Source: the human T2T-CHM13v2.0 reference genome, Homo sapiens. Taken from it: a stretch of DNA of 64,000 bases. The notes below the pieces were generated by a model. It ran no database searches, was not told the DNA's origin, and worked only from the letters and a program-made list of their open reading frames with translations. Position 1 is the first letter of the stretch. Each line of letters starts with the position of its first letter. The position numbers and the translations under genes are program-made. Of this stretch, positions 29,909-47,732 are shown one piece after another. The DNA is taken from NCBI RefSeq assembly GCF_009914755.1, contig NC_060930.1. One strand, 5' to 3'.

Positions 29909-31388
29909 TGAGAGGTGACATCGTGCTGGCAGCCCTCGCTCGCTCTTGGTGTCTGCTCGGCCTCGACGCCCACTCTGACCGTGCTTGAAGAGCCCTTCAG
30001 CCCGCCGCCGCACTGTGGGAGCCCCTCTCTGGGCTGGCCGAGGTCGGAGCCGGCTCCCTCTGCTTGCAGGAAGATGTGGAGGGAGAGGCGTGGGAGACGA
30101 TCACGGGCCAGCGCGAGTTCCAGGTGGGTGTGGCCCCACACTCGGAGTGGCCGGCCAGCGCCACTGGCCCTGGGGCAGTGAGGAGCTTAGCACCCAGGCC
30201 AGCAGCTGCAGAGGGTGCGCTGGGTCCCCCAGCAGTGCTGGCCCGCCAGCACGGCACTCGAATTCTAGCCCGGCCTCAGCTGCCTCCCTGAGGGGCAGGG
30301 TTTGGGACCTGCAACCTGCCATGCCCAAGCCTCCCCAACGAACACTGTCCCCTCCTCCGTGGCACCTGGTCCCATCGCCCACCCAAGAGCTGAGGAGTGT
30401 GGGTGCACGGCCGGGACTGGCAGGCAGTTCCGCCTGTGGCCCCCTGCAGGATCCATTAGGTGAAGCCAGCTGGGCTCCTGAGTCTAGTAGGGACTTGGAG
30501 AACCTTTATGTCTAGCTAAGGGATTGTAGATACACCAATCAACACTCTGTGTCTAGGTCAAGGTTTGTAAATGCACCAATCAGCACTCTGTGTCTAGCTC
30601 AAGGTTTGTAAATGCACCACTCAGCACTCTCTATCTGGCTAAGCTGGTGGGGACTTGGAGAACCTGTATGTCTAGCTAAGGAATTGTAAATACACCAATC
30701 AGCACTCTGTGTCTAGCTCAAGGTTTGTAAATACACCAATCAGCACCCTGTGTCTAGCTGAAGGTTTGTAAATGCACCAATCAGTGCTCTGTGTCTAGCT
30801 AATCTAGTGGGGACTTGGAGAACTTTTGTGTCTAGCTCAGGGATTGTAAATGCACCAATCAGCTCTCTGTAAAACAGACCAATCAGCTCTCTGTAAAATG
30901 GACCAATCAGCAGGATGTGGGTGGGGTCAGATAAGAAAATAAAAGCAGGCTGCCTGAGCCAGCAGTGGCAATCTGCTTGGGTCCTCTTTAATAATGGGGA
31001 AGCTTTGTTCTTTTGTGTTTTGCAATAAATCTTGCTGCTGCTCACTCTTTGGGTCTGCACTGCTTTTATGAGCTGTAATACTCAACATGAATGTTTGCAG
31101 CTTCACTCCTAAGGCCAGTGACATCATGAACCAATGAACCCACCATGAGAAATGAACAACTTCGGATGCACTGCCTTAAGACCTGTAACACTCACTGAGA
31201 AGGTCTGCAGCTTCAGTTTTGAAGCCAGTGAGACCACAAATCCACCAGAGGAAACTCCGAACATGTCCGAACATCAGAAGGAACAAACTCCAAACACCCC
31301 ATCTTTAAGAACTGTAACACTCATTGCAAGGGTCCATGGCTTCATTCTTGAAGTCAGTGATACCAAAAACCCACCAATTCTGGACACA
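29909..31388 (+). mobile_element. LTR12 (ERV9) solo LTR inserted into an Alu
   Basis: TGAGAGGTGAC...GGACACA termini. TSD CTGG at 29905-29908 and 31389-31392 splits the Alu sequence AAAGTGCTGG|GATTACAGG. Eight CCAAT boxes at 30530-30910; AATAAAA at ~30938. Confidence 0.95.
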
Positions 31389-32572
31389 CTGGGATTACAG
31401 GTGTGAACCACTGTGTCCAGCCAGATAGTTGTAATATTTAATGTATGTACATGGGGCTGCCACTAGGCCTTAGAGCACCTTCGCACCTTTACACAAATTA
31501 CAACGTGGTGGTTTTTTTTTTTTTTGGAGATAGGGTCTCATTCTGTCTCCCAGGCTGGACTACAGTGGTGCAATCATGTCTTACTGCTGCCTTGACCTCC
31601 CTGGAGTCAAGCAATCCTCTTACCTCAGCCCTCCAAGTAGCTGGCACATACCACCACACCTGGCTAATTTTTTTTAATGTTTTTTGTAGAGACAGGGTCA
31701 CTATGTTTCCCAGGCTGGTCTTGAACTCCTGGCTTCAAGTGATCCACCTCAGCCTCCCAAAGTGCTGGCATTATAGGCATAAGCTCTGGATCTCTGCAAA
31801 AGTTATATTATGCCACAAAACCATACCAGCTCTGCCAGGCAGAACTTTCCAGCATTGTGGCACACACATGTACCCACACTCTCTCTCACTCATGCAGTCT
31901 CTGGGTCCTGGGGCACATAGCTGTTGGTGGCCAGAGACTCTATGATATCCCTGCCCCCAGGTGTTAGATTTGGAGTCCCACAGCTGCAGAAATTGGACTT
32001 CTAGGGCAGTGACCTGAAGCTTAATTTCCTTGTGTCCCTAGTTATCTTTGACTGTATGCTAGTCATTATATTTGAAAAATTATTTGTGGGAATAATTTAA
32101 GGGCCAAGATGAAGGTGATTTCCTCTGCAGAGAATTTGTGTTTGCATCTGCTAGGAGCTTGGGAGCACTGTCAGTCTTGGGCTACCCAAAGTCAAGGCTT
32201 GGGGGTTCCCTGGATTATCCAGGCAAATAGAGCCAGGCTGTAATTCTGGCAGGTTGGTCCACTTTTAGTTCACTGGGGAAAAGGGGATGTCCTGATAGGT
32301 TTCCCACCTAGGATAGCGCTGGGCTGTGATACAGATCCTTTCATTGAAAGAGGCCATTGGGCTGGATGCAGTGGTTCTCAGCACTTTGGGAGGCCAAAGC
32401 AGGAGGATTGCTTGAGGCCAGGAGATCAAGACCAGCCTGGGCAACATAGTGAGGCTTCTCTACAAAAAGAAAAGAAAAGAAGAAAGAGAGAGGAAGAAAG
32501 AAAGAGGGAGGGAGGCAGGGAAAAATACATCATCAGCAGAAGCTCAACCCTCCACCCTCCCCTAATGGGTGA

Positions 32573-32969
<397 letters not shown>

Positions 32970-33399
32970 TAGCCTGTTTTCAGTATTTTATTCAACTATT
33001 TAGTTGTTTTCAGCTGGAGGGTTGCTTGAGAGAGTTATACTCCTATTACCAGAAAAAGGAAGTCCTGTTGTTTTCATTTAATTTATCTGATTAGTGGTGA
33101 ATCCTAGTGTCTTTTCTTATATTGGTAACAGTTCAAGCTTCCTCTTCTGTGAAATGACTACTCATTCCCTGTGACCTTTACTCTTACAGGCTCCTGGCTT
33201 TCTCTTGTTGATTTGCGGACATTCCTTAAATACTCTAGATATTAATTATGTGTTAGTTTTACACGTTATATCTTTTCCTAGTTTGTTATTCATCCAATAC
33301 CTTTATGGTGTCTTATACTTAACAGGAATTCTTAATTGTGCTGCAGACAAGTTCAACATATTGTTCTCTAAAAAGGTTTGCAATTTGTCGATGTCTTCC

Positions 33400-33900
33400 T
33401 TAATAATTGTCATTCAGACAAAGCCAGTTTTTCCAGTGTCATTTGACCCGCATAAAGTAGAGGGACTCTGGTCTCCCTCTTTTGTTCACTGAGTCTGTAT
33501 TTGCAGTCTAAGTCTGCAGAGGTGGTGACCTTATCATACTGCTGCTTCATTCATTAGCTTGCAATAAAAACCACAAGTCCCTCACATGTATTGCTGTTAA
33601 ATCATCTACCCCCTCATCGTGTGCTTATGAAGCTAAGTTTTAGACAGAAAGGCAAAATACAGATCTCTATTATTCTTTATCTTCGTTCAGCCCACCATTC
33701 CAGGCTGCTAAGTTATTTTTGGACCCTGATTCTGTCATCCAGTACTTTGGCTGCCCCAGTTTTTCGCCACCTGAAACTTTGATAAATATGTCATCCATTT
33801 CCATGTCCAAGTAGCTGAGAAAAATGCTGAACATAAGACGACTAAGGCTGAAGCCCTGGCCCATGCCCCCAGAGTCCTCTTTCAGGCAGATATTGATTAA
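33400..33900 (-). mobile_element. CR1/L3 LINE reverse-transcriptase remnant
   Basis: GQGFSLSRLMFSIFLSYLDMEMDDIFIKVSGGEKLG aligns by eye to CR1 RT [34 protein letters not shown]. Confidence 0.75.
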
Positions 33901-33904
33901 TTAA

Positions 33905-34352
<448 letters not shown>

Positions 34353-34389
34353 TTATACATAAGATATAAATTACAACTTACACTTGTGA

Positions 34390-34593
<204 letters not shown>

Positions 34594-34969
34594 TGAATAA
34601 TTTTTTTGTATTTTTAATAGAGATATGGTTTCATGATGTTGGTCAGCCTGGTCTCGAATTCCTGACCTCAAGTGATGGAAGAGCGTTTTTTTGTTTGCGT
34701 GTTTGTTTGTTTTTAGAAACAGGGTTTTACTATATTGCCCAGACTGGTCTCAAACTGCTGGGTTCAAGTGATCCTCCCACCTCAGCCTCCCAAAGTGCTG
34801 GATTGCAGGCATTAGTCACCACACCTAGCATGAATCATTATTTGCTCAAATAAACTCTGCTAAATTTTATTGACTAAGGTTCTTCTTTAAATAATAAGTA
34901 GTAAGGGTACATGCATTTTATAAAAATTTTCCTTTTAGTTATCAATTATATGTATGTGTGCTGGCTTAG

Positions 34970-35104
<135 letters not shown>

Positions 35105-35501
35105 TGAATAGCTGGGATTACAGGCGTTCAACACCACGCCCAGTTAGTTTTTGTATTTTTAGGAGAGATGGGTTTTCGCCATGTTGGCCAGGCTGGTCTT
35201 GAACTCCTGACCCCAGGTGATCTGCCTGCTTCGGCCTCCCAAAGTGCTGGGATTACAGACGTGAGCCACTGGGCCCTGTCTAAAATATATTTCTTACTGT
35301 GGGTCCTAGTCAAAAAAGTTTGAAAGCAGGCCAGGCACGGCTCACGCCTGTAATCCCAGCACTTTGGGAGGCCCAAGGTGGGTGGATTACCTGAGGTCAG
35401 GAGTTCAGGACCAGCCTGACCAACATGGTGAAACCCCATCTTTACTAAGTACAAAAAATTAGCTGGGTGTGGTGGCACATGCCTGTAATCCCAGTTATTT
35501 A

Positions 35502-35636
<135 letters not shown>

Positions 35637-35674
35637 TTAACCGACATAGTGACTAAATTCGTACCCTTTTGAGT

Positions 35675-36145
<471 letters not shown>

Positions 36146-37211
36146 TTTCTAGCTTTAAAGATACGCACACATGGCCTTGTTTCTTTCTCATTCCCAGCTC
36201 TATTAATTTCACTTCCTACTTTCTATTTTCAGCCATTTAGAGAAGCAAGTCTGCGACTCTCTAGCAATCCTGGATTTTATGGAAATTATCTCTCCCATCT
36301 CAGAGGGTTTCAAGGCCCATAAACCTGCTCCTCCCACAGCTTGCTGTCTGCAGTTCGGGGGCGGATGAACCACTCTGTGTCCCAGCCCACTCTCCGCTGT
36401 TGAGGATCAGCGTCCCGGGATCTTTGGTAATAGAGGATGCAGCTGAGGGTTTTGTTTTTAAAACTGGGCTCTCCTTCCTTTTCCTCTGAGGAAAGGAAAC
36501 TTTTTTCCTGCCTCTCCTCCCAACATTGCAAGCTCTTCCTCGCTTTCTCTCACAGGTCTGCGCTCTCCTGCTAAGCCCAGGACGTTTCCTTCCCTTTTTC
36601 CCTGTGCCCCTGTTCCTTGGCCACAGGGTGGAGGTGAGCTCACGCCCCTGCCCCTCCGTTCCCTTCACCTCCATTCTGGCATGTTGCCCCCACTGTTCTC
36701 AGACTGGGGTGCTCGAGCAATCTGCCCTCCTGTGTTTTGGGGGCTGTCCAGCTGTAACCCCTTCCCTGGGTTGGGCTGCTTTACACTTGGGCTCCCACCA
36801 GGGTCCAGGAAGGGGTGGGGGCTTGGGGGTGGAGACTATGGACCCCACCTCCTCCTGGGAATGGGCACCTGGATGGCTGCTTTATGGCCATGTGAAAGCA
36901 GAGCAGGCATCACTCATTCCATCCTCATTCATTCCTTCACTCACAACAAGTGCTGCAGATACCCAAGATGACTAAGAAATGGCCCCTGCTTTCAAAAAGC
37001 TCAGTCTAGTCCCATGATGTCCTTAATCACACCCCCTCAAAAAAGTCGTATTAAGCAGTAGGTAAGGGGAAGTGACCTCTAAGAAGGATCTAACAGTGGA
37101 AATTACCTATCTTAACGACACAGGTAAATTCAACTTTGTAAAAGAGTTTATGGAGTGAGAAAAAGCATCAGAATCAAGTAAGTTTGAGGGATGAAGCCAA
37201 GTGTGCTTTTA

Positions 37212-37376
<165 letters not shown>

Positions 37377-38336
37377 TCAGCCAGGTGTGGTGGCATGTGC
37401 TTGCAGTCCTATTAGGGAGGCTGAGGTGAGAGAATCACTTGAGCCCAGGAGTTCAAGGTTGCAGTGAGCTATGATGGTGTCACTGCACTCCAGCCTGGGT
37501 GACAAAACGAGACCCTGTCTCTAAAAAAAATAAAGTTTAAATTTAAATCTAAAAATAAGAGATTCCCTCCTTTTAAGTAGTCTAGAAACAGGAGCCATTC
37601 TTGTTTCTATTTTCTGGTTACATATTTAGTGTCCTGTGTCGGGAGGGTGGCAGGGTGCTGGAGCTCACTTCTAGGCCACACTGACCGTAACATTATACCA
37701 TGAGACACCCACTGCTCACAGATGTGGTTATTTCCAGGACTCCACTTCTGGAAACAAGGCCCCAAGTGACTGGCTGTGGGACATTCTCCTCCCTCCAAAA
37801 GTGTGAAATAAACATCACTTAGAAAAAACTTTGCAATTGGTAAAACAGTAAGCAATGAAACAGACACTTCTCAAATATTCCAAGATGATACACGCTTTTC
37901 AGTGTGTATGATCCAATAAAGCCATTGGAGCTAGGCTTTAATAGTCAAAAAAGACTATTCAGTTAGATAGGAACTATTTGCCTATAACTATTGGCCAAAA
38001 ATAGGTTAAAAAATTGTTTTAAATTTGTGCTTTACAAAACATGTGGACTTTTTTAGAAAATGTGTCAAATTTCAAAAGAAATATAGACATTATGGAAAGG
38101 TCAGTTAAGCACAGCCCTAATCCTGAAAACATAACTATGAAAGATACTAGCTGTTACTTGTAACCAAAAGGAAAAAAAAGATATTAGTAACCAATAATTA
38201 GCAAACAATGCCCATATATTTCCTTTTTTTTTTTTTTTTTTGAGACAGGGGCTTACTCAGGCTGGATGTGATCATGGCTTACAGGAGCAGCCTTGACCTC
38301 CTGGGCTCAGGTGATCCTCCCACCTTAGCTTCATGA

Positions 38337-38860
<524 letters not shown>

Positions 38861-38960
38861 TCAGAAACAGCTGAGGCCTGGTCCATCCTCTAGAGAAACG
38901 CCAGTGCAGAAACCCTCTCCCAGATGTGTGTGTAACATGGGTAAGACTGTGTGCTTCCAT

Positions 38961-39334
38961 GGCCTTGTGCGGTGGCTCACGCCTGTAATCCTAGCACTTT
39001 GAGAGGCCGAGGCGGGCGGATCATGAGGTCAGGAGATCGAGACCATCCTGACTAACATGGTGAAACCCTGTCTCTACCAAAAAAAAAAAAAAAAAAAAAA
39101 AAGCCAGGTGTGGTGGCGGGCGCCTATAGTCCCAGCTCCTCGGGAGGCTGAGGCAGGAGAATGGTGTGAACTGGGAGGCAGAGCTTGCAGTGAGCTGAGA
39201 TCGCGCCACTGGAGGCTGAGGCAGAAGAATGGTGTGAACCCGGGAGGCGGAGCTTGCAGTGAGCTGAGATTGCGCCACTGCACTCCACCTTGGGCAACAG
39301 AGCAAGACTCTGTCTCAAGAAAAAAAAAAAAAAA
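38961..39334 (+). mobile_element. AluY-like element with internal duplication
   Basis: TSD AAGACTGTGTGCTTCCAT at 38943-38960 and 39335-39352. A right-arm segment is present twice. Confidence 0.9.
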
Positions 39335-40999
39335 AAGACTGTGTGCTTCCATCAGATGGTTTCAAATACATCCGACTGCTGGGAGGACAGGATGGAATGA
39401 GGTGTATGGTCCTATGCTGCCACTGGGGACAGCATGCTGCCGGCCCCTGCGGCATTCCTTCAGCTGGAGTCCGCTGATAAAGGGAAGGAACAGGGAAGAG
39501 GAAGAGCTGGGAGGTGGCAAGTGATAGCTGTGGTGACAACAGAGGAGGCCCTTGTGGCAAACTTATCAGCAGAAGTCATCACAGGGAGGGGGGCAGGGTG
39601 GCACTCACTCATCCTCCGTTACTCCAGGTGAGCATCCGAGGGTCGGCCCTTCTCCATCCCCCGCAGTGTTATGGGCTAGGGGGAGGGCAGGGCAGGGCAG
39701 GGCCAGGTGCTGACAGCTCCTGCAGGCAGACAGCATCAGCCATCCTTCTAGGGCACGGGCAGAGAGGGATGTCAGACAGCAACCACTCAGAGGAAAGCCC
39801 TCTCCCAGGGACCCAGGCCTGAGATACAGATAACATTGACTATTTCTCCCCACCCTTCTCCTCCAATTCACCCAGTGTCAGCCATGCATTAGGCAGACAG
39901 GCTGGGCCAGTCCCTGTCATGGCAGAGCTGCCCTCCTAGGGCGATGATGGACACTGAACAAGTGAAATGGAAGAACAGGGGACCCAACTTATTTAGGGAG
40001 GTCTGTTTCAAGGAAAGCCTTTTTGCAAGCCAAATGTAAACTAAGTTTCAAATACATCCCCCTTCCCTGACCAACATCTCCCCCAAGGTACTATCCCTTT
40101 CCAATAAGTAACTTCATCCTGGCATCACTTGGAAACTTGGCATTCTGGCCAAGGCCTCCTTCCTAAGACCTTCCTTTTAGTTCTCTTTTGTTCAAGGCTG
40201 AGTTTACAGCTCACTGTTCCCAAAGCACACCAACTATTTGTGTGCCTGTTTAAGAAATCCTATGCAAAACAGCTAGGGTGGGCTTTTGCCATGGGGGCAT
40301 CTGGGCAGTGGCTTTGATGCCAAGCCTGATGTGGGTGCCCCACATTTAGCTGGAAGACAGCCTCTCCTTTACCCTGGAAGCTTGGGACAGAGGTTGGGTT
40401 TAGCTACAGGAGGACAAGTTTCCTGTGGAAAAAGTGGGGGTGGCTGTAGGGAGGTCACACAGTTTGTTTTATGGAGAGCCACCTCAGCACTGCAGGCAAC
40501 CCAGTTTCTGCAAGTCCCCAGTGCAGCCTTAAGGAACAGGCAGCTGTGCCATAGGTTTGAGTGTGCAGCAGCCAGCAGCCCCAGAGGGCAGCTCAGGCCA
40601 TTGCAAGTTTGTTCTTTTCTACCTCCTGTCCTGCAGCCTTCGTGATGCTAGCCCCATCCTAGTCCCAACCAAGCTCATGTGTCCTTTAAGCACCTAGAGA
40701 CCCAGAAGCAAGGCACATACTGCAATTGCTAATTCCAGAAAGGCTGTTACAAAAGCTGTGTAACAGGAGTACTGCAATACAAGTCCCCCCCCCCCTCCAC
40801 CTGCTGCCTTCTGAGCAAAGGTGTGTGTGTGCAGCGAGGGGCATGTCTAGGAGGCCGCTTGAGTTGGGTAGGATTGGATCCTGGCTTCTACCAGGCAGGT
40901 GTAGCACAGCCTCATCCTCTGGCTCTAGACAGGCTTGCTGTCTGCATCCCTCCACCCTATTCTCTCCAGAGTCCACCACGTGTTCCTCCACTGACACCA

Positions 41000-41438
41000 T
41001 GTCTAGTGGGTTGAAAGATCCTTCCACCACTAAAAGATATGTTCACTTCGCAAATCTGGAACCTAGGAACATGAACTAATTTGGAAAAAGGGTGTTTACA
41101 GACACAATTAAGAATCTGAAGATCATATCATATCTGAACGAGCCCTAAATTCAATGACAAGTGTCACGAGAGACACACAGAGGAGAGACACAGACAGAGG
41201 AGATGGCCAGGTGAAGACAGAGGCAGAGGATGGAGTTCTGCAGCCACAAACCAAGGACCACCTGGAGCCACCAGAAACTGGAAGAGGCAAAGGAATCTCC
41301 CCTCAAGCATTTGGAGCGCAGCCTGCTGGCACCTTAACTTTGAACTTCCAGCCTCCAGAACCATGAGAGAATATAGTTCTGTTGTTTTAAGCCACCCAGT
41401 TTGTGGCCATTGGTTACAGCAGCCCTAGGAGACCAATG
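41000..41438 (+). mobile_element. MLT1 (MaLR) solo LTR
   Basis: GGGTTGAA...AAAAGATATGTTCAC...TTTGGAAAAAGGG...GTTGTTTTAAGCCACCCAGTTTGTGG...TTACAGCAGCCCTAGG. Confidence 0.85.
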
Positions 41439-41802
41439 GAGTCCCTTTGACCAATCCGGTGGCAAATTCCCAAGCCTGCCCTTACCCACCCACTGGCAGA
41501 ACTTGGAGGCGATGGCCATCCCAGCCCTCCTGAGACCCTTCCTTCACACTGCTCTGCCGACTCCACAGGGCGTCGTCACAACTTCCATGCTGGATCTGTC
41601 ACTTCCCTCTTAAGTGTTAGGGTCTGCAGCTCAACCTTCGTGGGTCCCCTCGAAATCATCTAGTTTGTGGCTCTAGACACCATATGCATTCTGACACTCC
41701 TGAATTTACCTCTGGCAGGAAGGTGGCACAGAGCAGGGGCTCAACAACTATTTAGAGAAAGAGTGACTCTTTTCACATAAATCACCATTTTAGGTGTACT
41801 TA

Positions 41803-42147
<345 letters not shown>

Positions 42148-42371
42148 TTATTTTGCTTCTCATAGAAGCCCCATGCTTTTGAGAGACGGGGGGCTAGTCC
42201 TTCAGCTATTTCATGGCAGAACTCAGGTCTCTGGACCGTCCATGTGTCTCCTGCTAGACCCCCCTGATAAGGCGGGCAGCCCTGCAGGTTCTGCTACACT
42301 AACCTTGCTCCTGTGAGATTTCTCTGCAGGAGCCCCCATCTAGTGTGACTCCTCCCCTCAAACCTCTAGAA

Positions 42372-42732
42372 CAGGCGTTGGCAAAGTACACCCCTTGGCC
42401 AAACCTGAGTGGCCACTTGTTTTGGAAAAAAAGCTTCACTGAGGCCAGATGCGGTGGCTCACGCCTGTAATCCCAGCACTTTGGGAGGCTGAGTCGGGCA
42501 GATTCCTTGAGCTCAGGAGTTCGAGACCAGCCTGGGTGACATGGTGAAACCCTGTCTCTACTAAAAATACAAAAATTAGCTGGGCGGGGTGGCTGGTGCC
42601 TATAGTCCGAGCTACCCAGGAAGCTGAGGTGGGAGGATCACATGAGTCTGGGAGGTTGAGGCTGCAGTGAACCATGATGGCGCCACTGTACTCCAGCCTG
42701 GGCGACAAAGTGAGACCCTGTCTCAAAAAAAA

Positions 42733-42768
<36 letters not shown>

Positions 42769-42959
42769 GAAAGAAAGAAAAAAACAAGAAGAAAGCTAAG
42801 CTTTACCGGAACTCAACCATGCCCATTTGCACACATGCTATCTGTGGCCATCTTTGTGCTCCCAGTACAGCTAAGCAGTTACAGCAGAGACCACACGGCC
42901 CCCAAAGCCTAAACAGATTTACTCTCTGGTCCTTTACAAAAACAGCTTGCCAAGCCCTT

Positions 42960-42960
<1 letters not shown>
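42372..42960 (+). mobile_element. MER58A-like (hAT-Charlie) MITE split by an Alu
   Basis: CAGGCGTTGGCAAA ... CCTTTACAAAAACAGCTTGCCAAGCCCT terminal inverted ends; flanks CTCTAGAA and CTCTGGAA. Confidence 0.8.
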
Positions 42961-44989
<2,029 letters not shown>

Positions 44990-45401
44990 CTGGCAAGGAA
45001 AAACACAACATGACCTGATCCCCATTCTGCACAAAAATCAACTTGAGAAGAACAGAGTACTCCGGCTGGACGAAGTGGCTCAAGCCTGTAATCTCAGCAC
45101 TTGGGAGGCTGAGGTGAGCAGATCACTTGAGCCCAGGAGTTCGAGACCAGCCTGGCTAACATGGTGAAACCCCATCTCTACAAAAAATTAAAAAAAAAAA
45201 ATCAGCTGTGCATGGTGGCACATGTCTGTAGTGCCAGCTACCTGGGAGGCTGAGGTGGGAGAATCACCTGAGCCTGGGAAGTTGAGGTTGCAGTGAGCAG
45301 TGTTGCCTGGGCAACAGAGTGAAACCCTATCTCAAAATAAATTTAAAAAAATTTTTTTTCAAAGAACAGAATAATCAAGTACAGCAAAAAGAGGACAGTT
45401 A

Positions 45402-45810
<409 letters not shown>

Positions 45811-46532
45811 TCAGGAGTTTGAAACCAACCTGGCCAACATGGTGAAACCCCGTCTGTATTAAAAATACAAAAAAATTAGCCAGGCGTGGTGGTGGGCGCC
45901 TGTAATCCCAGCTACTCGGGAGGCTGAGGCAGGAGAATCACTTGAACCCAGGAGTCGGCAGTGAGCTGAGATGGTGAGCCGAAGTGGCAGTGAGCCGAGA
46001 CTGTGCCATTGCACTCTAGCCTGGACAACAAGAGCGAAAACACTCTAAAAAAAAAAAAAAAAAAAAAAAGAGTAGGGATTGGTGTCAGAAATGAAACCCT
46101 CCAAGGGCCAGCAGACAAGGGCGGCTGAGAATACTGGTAATGTATGAAGGAGAATGAGAGGGGGAACAGAGAGGCTAGGAGGCATTGGGGAGTAAGTGAG
46201 GCTGTCATCTCGTGTGTGAGACGAAGTCAACACCTAAATGGAAAGAGGCAAGAAAACCAAAAAGAGGAAAAGGGGAAGGGCCATGAGTGTGGAAGGCCTT
46301 GTGTCTTCACCACAGGCAGTGGACCAAGCAGAGGCCACCACGTCAGGCCACTGGCTAACCCAGAGGAAAGGAGCGTGCCTTCTTTAGGGTTGCAACTGGG
46401 TTTCTGCATGGCAGCTTAGAGACCAAGAGAGAAAACAAGGACTCGACAGCCTTTTTCCCTGAGCTCTTCAGCATTTTTAATGGTGCAGGGAAGGAGCTGC
46501 AACAAAGAGAGATGCTACAGCGTCTCACTCAC

Positions 46533-46659
46533 CCATGCAAGTGAAGACTTCTGTCCCCAGCTGCCTGCAGATCTGGTACCATGATCTTTCCCTCAATCCA
46601 TCCATCCCAATGCAGGATGATTGGTTTAGGTTGGAAAAAATAAAGTTCTGTTCATAACG
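46533..46659 (-). pseudogene. KRAB-B exon remnant
   Basis: Acceptor cctttcctcttttcag| and donor GG|gtgagt. Broken frames give PKPII and VPDLQAAGDR, resembling KRAB-B KPDVI...PWVPDLQ. Confidence 0.7.
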
Positions 46660-46882
46660 CTGAAAAGAGGAAAGGGAAGATAATGAACCCAACGCAGTCT
46701 GAGCCATTCTGTCTCTGGGAAACAGACATGGCCAGGCAGACCACTAAAGAACTTGGTGGCAGGCCGGGTGCGGTGGTTCACGCCTGTAATCCCAGCATTT
46801 TGGGAGGCTGAGGCGGGTGGAACACCTGAGGCTGGGAGTTAGGGACCAGCCTGGCCAACATGGAGAAACCCCATCTCTACTA

Positions 46883-47041
<159 letters not shown>

Positions 47042-47452
47042 TCAAAAAAAAAAAAAAAAAAAAGAAAGAACTTGGTGGCAAAGCACAGACACAGCTACTC
47101 TGTAATAGGCCAGGAAGTAAAACTCCACAGGGCAGGGCTTCAATACCAGTGAAAATCACTGGGGTGCCGGGAGGTGACAGTCAAGACTCAGCACAAGAAA
47201 GTAAGAAAGCGTCCAATTTCCGGCAAGGGAAATAGCAGAACCCAGCATTAGCGGGAAGCAGGAATACTCCACTTTTCATGGAGAGGGACCACGCAGCTTG
47301 CACGGATTTAGAAACTAAAATCAACAAAACTGGAACCTTTAGACCAGACCACTACCAACAATGGGCAGCACCAATGATTTCTGAGACAGAGTCTCACCGT
47401 GTTGCCCAGGTTGGAATACCGTGGCACGATCTCGGCTCACTGCAACCTCTAG

Positions 47453-47671
<219 letters not shown>

Positions 47672-47732
47672 TGATTTAGTTAGCAATACATGAATTTACA
47701 GTCAGAGAATTCCCAAGGCAGTCAGATCATAC

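Noticed and set aside
30530-30910. Repeated ~40-bp CCAAT units as a novel array
   Set aside because: These are the known ERV9 U3 enhancer repeats, seen in all three LTR12 copies.
40686-41079. 114-117 aa ORFs on both strands
   Set aside because: No recognisable domain; they run into the MLT1 LTR and lack splice support.
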